Origin: an uncultured Deferribacteres bacterium | GTDB taxonomy: Bacteria; Zhuqueibacterota; Zhuqueibacteria; Zhuqueibacterales; Geothermadaptataceae | Reading direction: 5' to 3' | DNA: 39,859 nt | Assembly: GCA_964014485.1 (NCBI GenBank) | Contig: CAXHAT010000060.1 | Span: 1-39,859 of the forward strand | Shown: one piece after another, positions 8,365 through 15,984 of the stretch | How positions within the stretch are numbered: the first letter of the stretch is position 1 | How the letters are laid out: every line of letters starts with the position of its first letter | Made by a program: the position numbers and the translations under genes | Notes under the pieces: generated by a model | Told to the model about the DNA's origin: nothing | Database searches by the model: none | Seen by the model: the letters and a program-made list of their open reading frames with translations, nothing else

Positions 8365-9180
8365 CTACCCGCAAACCAACAAAACCGTGTCCACCGTCGC
8401 CCAGCCTCTCAATTCCCGCTCGTCCAGATAATCTCGAAAAGTCTCCTTCAACGTCTTGATCCGCTTGGAAAGCGTGCCCGGCTTGATTTTGGGCGCGCAC
8501 TCCCGCAGCGTCTCCAAAATATTCTCCGGCGTATGGACGCCGTCAATTAAGAGCGCCCGCATCGTCAGCCAATGACAGGCGCATTGCCGAATTCTCGCCA
8601 TCTTACGGAAGTACGACAGAAAAACCGCCAGCGCCTGACGCACGCCCGGACGCATTCGGATCGTTTTGGCATAACCGCGCACCACTTCACGGGCCTGTTG
8701 AAATTCAGGCAGGCATTGCGGCCAGTTGAGCAAAGCTTCATGGTCTTGCTCGCTCAAAAAACTCTCCGGAACCGGCGTCTCGGCCTCCTCGCCAATTTCG
8801 AGCGTCTGGAAATCCATGTGCCGCGATTTTCGCTTGCTCAATCGCCGGTACAAGTCCACCCGCCGCGTACAAGCCAAACGCCGCAGCAGCCGCGCCAGAT
8901 TCGCGTCCGTAAAATCGTCTCGGAAAAAACGCGCCGGCTTCGCTTCAGCAACCATCAACAGTTTCTCCATCGCGGCCTGTCTAAAATCGGAAAAGTCAGA
9001 GTAGCCGAGACGATCCAGGCTCTGGTAATACAGCGGCCGCAGATGCGATTCCGCCCAGGGCAGAAAAGCGCCGTCCCGCCGCACGTACAGTCTGCGGATC
9101 GCGCTTCTGTCGCCCGCCTTGCTTTCCAGCCAGGCGGCGATGACGCGAACCTGCTTTTGAGAATGAATCGATGATGCCAT
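8365..9180 (-). CDS. Divergent ECF-type RNA polymerase sigma factor
   Basis: Start at 9180 with AAGGAGGT RBS (271 aa); AGDRSAIRRLY (region 1.2-like), DFRQAAMEKL (2.2), LLRRLACTRRVDLYRR (2.3/2.4), GTLSKRIKTLKETFRDYL (4.2). Confidence 0.7.
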   Translation of the reverse strand: MASSIHSQKQVRVIAAWLESKAGDRSAIRRLYVRRDGAFLPWAESHLRPLYYQSLDRLGYSDFSDFRQAAMEKLLMVAEAKPARFFRDDFTDANLARLLRRLACTRRVDLYRRLSKRKSRHMDFQTLEIGEEAETPVPESFLSEQDHEALLNWPQCLPEFQQAREVVRGYAKTIRMRPGVRQALAVFLSYFRKMARIRQCACHWLTMRALLIDGVHTPENILETLRECAPKIKPGTLSKRIKTLKETFRDYLDERELRGWATVDTVLLVCG

Positions 9181-9812
9181 GACTTGCACCTCCTTTCGCA
9201 GTTCATTTTTCGAGCATTTTTGTTGAAGTGTAAATCCTGTTCTCCTCTCCGGGCGCAATGGCGCCGGGGAACGCGGGCGCGGCCTGTTTTCGTCTAACGC
9301 ATACTGAGCGCTCTTTTTGACGCCGCGCCGTCCCCTGTTCTGCTCTTGAAAAATGAACGTTAAGGGCGGCTTTTCATAGTCGTCTATCGACCGTCGTAAA
9401 ACTCGTTCAAAATAGTATTTGATTTGCCTGTTGGCCAAACAGTCGTTTGGATTGAAAAAAATCGAATTGTTGATATGAAATGATCGGGTTTAAGGAAAGC
9501 GCTTGAGAGGTTTCGGCGCGGGGGTTGGCAATACGTTGGGAGTGTTTAAGCGGGGCGCTGCGATGCTTTTGAGCATGAGATCGCGAATCCAACAAGGGGC
9601 GTTCGCGCTTTCAATTCCCGCCAACGCCGCGTTCGCCGTGAAGTTCCCCAATTTTTTGAAAGCGCAAAAAGAATGACGGCGGAGCTTCCGGCGGTCTGCG
9701 GCAGACTTCCAAACGGCGAAGAAATGAAAAACGGAGCTATAAAACGCTTCACCTGCCGAACTCAGGTGACTTCTAGTCGTCCTCCGTTATCCGTCCCCCA
9801 TCCTCCGCCAGA

Positions 9813-11650
9813 GTCTCAATTCACCCTGTGATCTTCGGAAGGCTCACGCAGAGCGGAGAAAGGAAAAACGGAGAATGGAAAACGGAGAATGGAAAACGGA
9901 ATTCAAGCTGCCTGCAAACCCTTCGGCAAGTTCAAAACGTCCTCCGGTCTCCGTTCCTCCATCTTCCGCCCAAGTCTCAATTCACCCTGTGATCTTCGGT
10001 AGGCTTCCACTCAGCAGTTGAAACCCGTCCGTCTCGTTGAGAAGTTTCAATTCACCCTGTGATCTTCGGTAGGCTTCCACCAACTTGTAGACGTCTGCTT
10101 TCCCGCGCACCTGCGTTTCAATTCACCCTGTGATCTTCGGTAGGCTTCCACAAGTCTTCGGACTTCCGGGAGAATTGAACGGTTATGTTTCAATTCACCC
10201 TGTGATCTTCGGTAGGCTTCCACCCGATCAAGTATCTTGGATATGAGTTCGGCTCAGGTTTCAATTCACCCTGTGATCTTCGGTAGGCTTCCACGTAATA
10301 GAACGAGAGACGACTCTCGAGCTCATTGCGTTTCAATTCACCCTGTGATCTTCGGTAGGCTTCCACGGGAAACCAAACCCCTTTCGAGAACTGACTCTCT
10401 CCGTTTCAATTCACCCTGTGATCTTCGGTAGGCTTCCACTTTATCACGTCAAGCTCTACAAGAAAAAGGCCTATGTCTCAATTCACCCTGTGATCTTCGG
10501 TAGGCTTCCACTTGCATTCAGAGATAACGCGAACTTTGGATTTTGTCTCAATTCACCCTGTGATCTTCGGTAGGCTTCCACGAATCATGATTGAAGTCGC
10601 CGCAGGGATAATAGTGTCTCAATTCACCCTGTGATCTTCGGTAGGCTTCCACGAGTCCTTCTATGTACCTAAAAGGTGGTGATTGTAAGTCTCAATTCAC
10701 CCTGTGATCTTCGGTAGGCTTCCACACACAAGTACAGCCTTCTGCCGAGAAGATGGCGAGTCTCAATTCACCCTGTGATCTTCGGTAGGCTTCCACTGCT
10801 GCGACTTGCTGACGCTCTCCGGGGGCACAGTTTCAATTCACCCTGTGATCTTCGGTAGGCTTCCACTGAAACACTATGCGAACCCCTGGTAGGAATGCAT
10901 GTGTTTCAATTCACCCTGTGATCTTCGGTAGGCTTCCACCTTTTTCCAAAAATAATGATAGCCATGCTGGCTACGTTTCAATTCACCCTGTGATCTTCGG
11001 TAGGCTTCCACAAAAAAGGAATGTTCCGCAACAACACCCCCAAGAGTTTCAATTCACCCTGTGATCTTCGGTAGGCTTCCACCGGAAAAGGATTGCTCCG
11101 CAAATGCAACAAGCTCGTTTCAATTCACCCTGTGATCTTCGGTAGGCTTCCACTGGCAGGTTATTGTGCCAGATAGTTTACGCCGTTAGTTTCAATTCAC
11201 CCTGTGATCTTCGGTAGGCTTCCACTCTACCCAAGTTCCGAATCCGGAACTGTAGTCTAGTTTCAATTCACCCTGTGATCTTCGGTAGGCTTCCACCGGA
11301 TACTTTGAAAGTATTCCGGCTTACTGGTATGTTTCAATTCACCCTGTGATCTTCGGTAGGCTTCCACGAAGATACCCTCGCCTGACGTTGGGCGAGTGAT
11401 GTTTCAATTCACCCTGTGATCTTCGGTAGGCTTCCACAGCGATACAAAAGACGATGGGGTCATGTGTATGCGTTTCAATTCACCCTGTGATCTTCGGTAG
11501 GCTTCCACAAGGAGCAACAGAAAGTGAACCGCCTCTATCCTACGTTTCAATTCACCCTGTGATCTTCGGTAGGCTTCCACGGAAGTATGCGCACAGTCCG
11601 CGCAGTTCTGTACGTTTCAATTCACCCTGTGATCTTCGGTAGGCTTCCAC
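9813..11650 (-). CRISPR. CRISPR array: 24 intact 37-bp repeats (9974..11650), 23 spacers of 33-36 bp, and one degenerate trailer repeat at 9813 separated by a ~124-bp insert
   Basis: Repeat on minus is GTGGAAGCCTACCGAAGATCACAGGGTGAATTGA(A/G)AC. Orientation is inferred from the ATTGAAAC 3' end, the AT-rich leader on the right, the degenerate repeat on the left, and co-orientation with the cas genes. Confidence 0.99.
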
Positions 11651-11830
11651 TCTGTACGCGAGCGTACAGCGTAAACGCTTGTTTTTTAAAGGCCCAAAAT
11701 GGCCGTTTTCGACAACTCCGTTTTCTGCTAAAAAATTAACACATACTTTTTCAATTTTCATGCGCTAAGTTCTTTATTTTCAAGCAAAAGACAACACTTT
11801 TTGATCTAAGTCTCATTTTTTCAAAAGCTT
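11651..11830 (-). promoter_or_regulatory. CRISPR leader (approximate limits)
   Basis: AT-rich non-coding sequence with poly-A/T tracts adjoining the first repeat. Confidence 0.75.
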
Positions 11831-12169
11831 AAGCCCGAAAAATCGCCTGCTAAAAAATTAACAGAAATCGCTGTCGGAATTGACATGGCTTAAAGATAGA
11901 GAAATCATGCAGTTACACAACGGAAATTTCACCAAAAATTTTTCACCGCTTAAATGCCCGTAAAAACAACAACTTAGCAAGGCTAAAAAAATGTGTACGA
12001 TCTGGGACACTATTGAAAATCGGTTTTCAGTCGTCTTTTCCGCGCGACAGGGAGTTTTGTTAGAACAAGGCAAACGTCTTAAAATCAAGGCTTTGGGGCA
12101 ATTTCGAAATTTCCGAAAAACCCTTGTGACAAAAAACAGGGGGCGCTGTCGGGATTTGTCGGGCTTAAG

Positions 12170-12225
12170 TTCAATATTTTATGCGTGGGGACAGATCGGA
12201 AATCCGACCGCCCTGCTGACATTTT
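12170..12225. repeat. 56-bp sequence duplicated at 1..56
   Basis: Exact match; contains the small palindrome TCGGAAATCCGA. Confidence 0.97.
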
Positions 12226-12344
12226 CGCACTTTTTTGGCGTTTTTTCGAAATCAAATCAATTCCTTTAAAAACAAAATGTTGCCGCATTTTCAAAAATAA
12301 GCTTCGTTCCCGTACAACGTCGTTTTCGACCAAAAACAACAAAA

Positions 12345-12500
12345 AATGACGCCGCACCAATGACCAAAATGACAACCTGTGACACCGCACCAACGACGCA
12401 AAGCCAATGACAATGACAATGACAATGACAATGAACGACTCTAAAATGTCACGAAGCAAGTGACCAAAATGACAACCAATGACGCGAAGCCAATGACCAT
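12345..12500. repeat. Short tandem repeats (CAATGA)x5 and AATGAC variants downstream of cas6
   Basis: (CAATGA)5 at 12405..12434 plus dispersed AATGAC/GTGAC units. Confidence 0.85.
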
Positions 12501-12503
12501 TAC

Positions 12504-13346
12504 TCACCGCCGCCGCCGCGAAGGCGCAAACCGCGCCTGTCCCATCCCCAGCGCCGTGTGCGACCCGACGCCGGAAAAGAAGGCGAATTGCGCCAACAAG
12601 TGCAAGCAGAATCGATAGACTTCCGGCAGTGCCGGGTGTATGGCAAAACGCGCCGTGCCGATAAAGCCCGTGCGCCGCAGCCGGTCGTCATGCACGTAGC
12701 GCGTCTCAATTTTGGCGTAGGCCAGGTAAATGCTGTCGACAAAGTGCTGTATGTCTTCCAGCGGCAGTTCATGCGGACTGTTGGTCTGCCATTCGTTGAG
12801 CAGATAGCCAAAGACAAAGCGCGGCACGGGCAGCGGCAGGGACTGGTTGTTCTCAAAAAAACAGGTCGGCGAGCGGAAAAAGAGCGTCGCTTCTGGCGCC
12901 AGACCTTGCAGCTGCGCCAAAGCGTTCTGCGCATTTTCAATGATGTTGCCGAAACTGGAGATTGCGGCCCACTCGTGCTCTTCGGCGGTGCAATGCGCGG
13001 CATCCGGCAGCAGACTGGGCCGGGCGAGGCCGGGGCCGCATTGCTGTTCTTCTATCGCATGGCGCACGGCGTCGTTGAGCGCCGCTTGCACGCCGGTAAC
13101 ACGAAACCAGATCTTTTGCCCGGCCCGCAAGGTGATCCGGCCGCGGTCGTTGCGGAAGTCGCCGTCGAGGTTGGAGATGGTGTAGGGACGGCGGCGGTTT
13201 TTGTCATGCAGCTTGGCGGTGAGTCCAGGACTGGTCTGCTGCAGCCACTTGAGAAACGCAGCTTGCAGCATGCGCGCATTTTGAAACGGCAGCTCAGAGT
13301 CTCGCTCAGACGTCAACGTGAAAACGGTGGACAAGAGGTTGGACAT
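12504..13346 (-). CDS. cas6: CRISPR precrRNA processing endoribonuclease Cas6
   Basis: Start MSNLL at 13346; LHD..RRPYTIS, FRSPT.F, and G-rich loop FSGVGSHTALGMGQ. Confidence 0.95.
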   Translation of the reverse strand: MSNLLSTVFTLTSERDSELPFQNARMLQAAFLKWLQQTSPGLTAKLHDKNRRRPYTISNLDGDFRNDRGRITLRAGQKIWFRVTGVQAALNDAVRHAIEEQQCGPGLARPSLLPDAAHCTAEEHEWAAISSFGNIIENAQNALAQLQGLAPEATLFFRSPTCFFENNQSLPLPVPRFVFGYLLNEWQTNSPHELPLEDIQHFVDSIYLAYAKIETRYVHDDRLRRTGFIGTARFAIHPALPEVYRFCLHLLAQFAFFSGVGSHTALGMGQARFAPSRRRR

Positions 13347-13432
13347 AGGGTGAAATTTCTGACAGTTATTTTCTTTGCTTTTAAGGTCCAGAAGGCGCCT
13401 TTCCGGTGATATGGCGTTCCAGGTTCGATCTA

Positions 13433-15115
13433 TTAAAACGCTTCGGGCGTTCCGACGGCGGAACTGGCGCTGCGGTCTTGCCAGATAAATTGCAAAATCA
13501 GTCCGGCCAGCATGGCGAGCGGCGCAAAGGCCAGGTATTGCGCCAGGTTGACTTTGCCGAACGGGCCCATCAGAAAGCACTTCGTCTCAGGCTCATACGC
13601 CGCGGTGCTGAGCGCAACGGCTGCCAGGCCAACGCCGAGCGCGAGAATCACAACCATCGCCAACACCATCGCGGCGCGCCTGGCCGCTTCCCACTGGTTG
13701 ATGACAATGCGCTGAGCATCGATATAAAAATAGACTGCGCTGGCGACTATGGCAACGCCGGCCAGCAGCCAAAAGGGACCGCTGTTCGACCACTGCGGCA
13801 ACAGGTCATCGCCCCAGATCGCCTGCGCAATGTCGTTATCTTCGATTATGAGCACGAAATAGCCGGCGCCGATGCCACCGAGAATGCGCGGCAGCGCCAG
13901 GTGCGCGAGCAGTCCGAGGTCGAAACTTTTGACATAAATGATGACCATGCCCGCGAGAGCTATCCAGGGGACGAGTATTCTCTGGCTCTGGGAAGGGGCA
14001 ATGATATAGTTGAGCAAAATGGCGACGCCGAACGCCAGCAAGGGTCCGAAAAAGCTCCACAAGGGCTTGGGAGATCGAGCACGCGCGTGCGCTTGCGCAA
14101 ACGGCGTTTTTCGCTCGCGTTTCAGCATGGCGGCGAGATGCAGCGGCGTCACCAGATCGTAGCGCGGCACGAGCCAGTCGCGGATGAGGCGGTTGATGGC
14201 GGCGCGCTCTTGCTGGCGCTGAGATATCCAATTTTCATGTAGTTTGTTTACTAACGCAGGATGGAGCTTAATATTCGTCCAATCTACTCCGCTTTTGTTC
14301 GTCTCCCGAGAACCCAGCCGAATGCCCGGCGCTTCAAGCGGAATCCTAATGTTAATTGTCTGTGAAGTGGATTCTTCAGTTAGAATCATTGAAAGCCGTA
14401 GTCGTTCCGTCATGGGTAAATTGCTCCCAGCATCGAGCCATGAGCCAATGAGTTCTGCTCCGTAAGAAAAACGGTGATCGTCAAGTAGCTCTCTCAAAGC
14501 CCGATAGTTACTTTTGAACTCTTCACGGACGGGTTCTATTAGCTTATGATGTTTCCCAGATGCCTGAAAACGAAGATATATCTCTTTCACAATATTAAAT
14601 GCCTGCCAGCAAGTATAGAGATGAGCTGTGCGGGCATGTAGCATTTCGAACTTTTCATGTATGGTTAGGAATTCATGGAGTCCTTTATATGCCGTATAAG
14701 CAGCAAGAAAATTTTCCCACGGATTGATTGTTAGGTCTGAATCTTCAGTATAAAGGAAATTGTGGCCTCTCCGCAGAGATATAATTCGCCGATCATCAAA
14801 ACGAACTTGAAACTCGTGCATCAATTTTTCTTCAACGAATTTCTGTTCTAGTTTTGTAAGACCGTGTTGAAATATATTTACAGCTTCATGGGTAGGAAAA
14901 AAGGATTTTTCGGTTTCAATTCGGGGTAAAAACTCTCTGGCCTGACTAATGAACCTTTCATCACGTTGATTGACCGTGGTAAAACTGAACTGCCAGCAAG
15001 GACCGTTCGGTTTCCCATCTGAGTCAATTTCAGTTCTACTTTCTTCGAGTTCTTCCCATTCTGGTGAGCTTATCTCTTCTTCAACGCTCTCACTAAAGAA
15101 TTGGATTTTTATCAT
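13433..15115 (-). CDS. CRISPR-linked membrane protein: soluble N-terminal region plus about six C-terminal TM helices
   Basis: Likely start MIKIQFF at 15115, just after the CARF stop; six hydrophobic segments in the last ~200 aa; lies between the CARF gene and cas6. Confidence 0.8.
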   Translation of the reverse strand: MIKIQFFSESVEEEISSPEWEELEESRTEIDSDGKPNGPCWQFSFTTVNQRDERFISQAREFLPRIETEKSFFPTHEAVNIFQHGLTKLEQKFVEEKLMHEFQVRFDDRRIISLRRGHNFLYTEDSDLTINPWENFLAAYTAYKGLHEFLTIHEKFEMLHARTAHLYTCWQAFNIVKEIYLRFQASGKHHKLIEPVREEFKSNYRALRELLDDHRFSYGAELIGSWLDAGSNLPMTERLRLSMILTEESTSQTINIRIPLEAPGIRLGSRETNKSGVDWTNIKLHPALVNKLHENWISQRQQERAAINRLIRDWLVPRYDLVTPLHLAAMLKRERKTPFAQAHARARSPKPLWSFFGPLLAFGVAILLNYIIAPSQSQRILVPWIALAGMVIIYVKSFDLGLLAHLALPRILGGIGAGYFVLIIEDNDIAQAIWGDDLLPQWSNSGPFWLLAGVAIVASAVYFYIDAQRIVINQWEAARRAAMVLAMVVILALGVGLAAVALSTAAYEPETKCFLMGPFGKVNLAQYLAFAPLAMLAGLILQFIWQDRSASSAVGTPEAF

Positions 15116-15126
15116 AACGCTTTTTC

Positions 15127-15984
15127 TCAATATGAAGTGTGCGGCATTTGGAAACGTTTTTCCAAAGCTTTCCTGAACCATTCATTCTTGAGTTGTCCGC
15201 CGCTTTTTTTCTTTAGTTTCTTAAGGCTTTCTTGCCAATACTGCTTGCTCTTTTCTTCAGATGCATCAAATAGTGCCTCGTTGAGAACTTGAAGCTTGTC
15301 GGATTTTTCGAACAAATAACACATCTCGATCCCGAACACGAGAGAGAAAATTGTTAAGCAAGGGATAACTGCTTTATAGCCGCCTGTAATAACAAACAGA
15401 TTTTTTAACTTTGCCTTCTCAGCTATTTCAATCTCTTCCGATATCTGATCGGCGAGACCCCAAGTGACTTCATACGCTTCTGCTGGATTGTCATTGAGTC
15501 CAGGCACGATTTTCTTAGAAATCTGTAGACCTTTGACGCCTGCCCCGTTTATAAGCACCCAAGCAATGACTGCTGTGCTGTAAACACACTCTTGAGTTTC
15601 AGAGCTCAACAACATAATTTCATCTATCGCTGGTTCCCATAGCTTTTGGTCAGCCATCATGATAAGTGTGCTAATTTCCGCCCCAAAAAGGTTATCTTCT
15701 TTTCCAACATATCCCGCCATATTCTCCCACATTTTACTGGGATTATCCTTATGCTGCCATAGTGTATTGTCACAAAGTCTTTTTGTCAATTCTTTAAAAG
15801 ATGGCAAATTCTCACAGTTTTTGAACGCATGTTGATCCTCGAGTGGGGATTGTACTGGCTTGATCGAATTACCGACTTCTTTTGCCAAACGGCCAACGTT
15901 GAATTTCGTTTCGATGAGTTTCAATCGCTCTTCTTCAACTTGCGAAGTGCCACAGGTGACGATCAGGTTGTTCGGCATAGTCAC
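15127..15984 (-). CDS. CARF-domain protein, APE2256-like (putative cOA-binding protein or ring nuclease)
   Basis: LIVTCGTS, AEISTL, LLSSET, ITGGYKAVIP and YLFEKS motifs; no HEPN RxxxxH seen; coupled to the upstream cas7 stop. Confidence 0.85.
   Translation of the reverse strand: MTMPNNLIVTCGTSQVEEERLKLIETKFNVGRLAKEVGNSIKPVQSPLEDQHAFKNCENLPSFKELTKRLCDNTLWQHKDNPSKMWENMAGYVGKEDNLFGAEISTLIMMADQKLWEPAIDEIMLLSSETQECVYSTAVIAWVLINGAGVKGLQISKKIVPGLNDNPAEAYEVTWGLADQISEEIEIAEKAKLKNLFVITGGYKAVIPCLTIFSLVFGIEMCYLFEKSDKLQVLNEALFDASEEKSKQYWQESLKKLKKKSGGQLKNEWFRKALEKRFQMPHTSY

Noticed and set aside
9181..9438. N-terminal extension of the sigma-like ORF; likewise the extensions of cas6 to 13580 and cas11 to 21387
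   Set aside because: Better starts with an RBS or translational coupling lie downstream; the extensions look non-coding or overlap other genes
9609..9625. TTTCAATTCCCG as a further degenerate CRISPR repeat
   Set aside because: Similarity is limited to about 9 nt of the repeat end
10011..11613. Self-targeting or duplicated spacers
   Set aside because: None noticed by eye within the window; not exhaustively tested
10237..11761. Small ORFs containing VSIHPVIFGRLP
   Set aside because: Translations of CRISPR repeats
12085..12507. 140-aa ORF with VIVIVIVI after cas6
   Set aside because: The hydrophobic run is just the (CAATGA)n repeat, and the ORF crosses the duplicated non-coding motif; probably spurious despite the overlap with the cas6 stop
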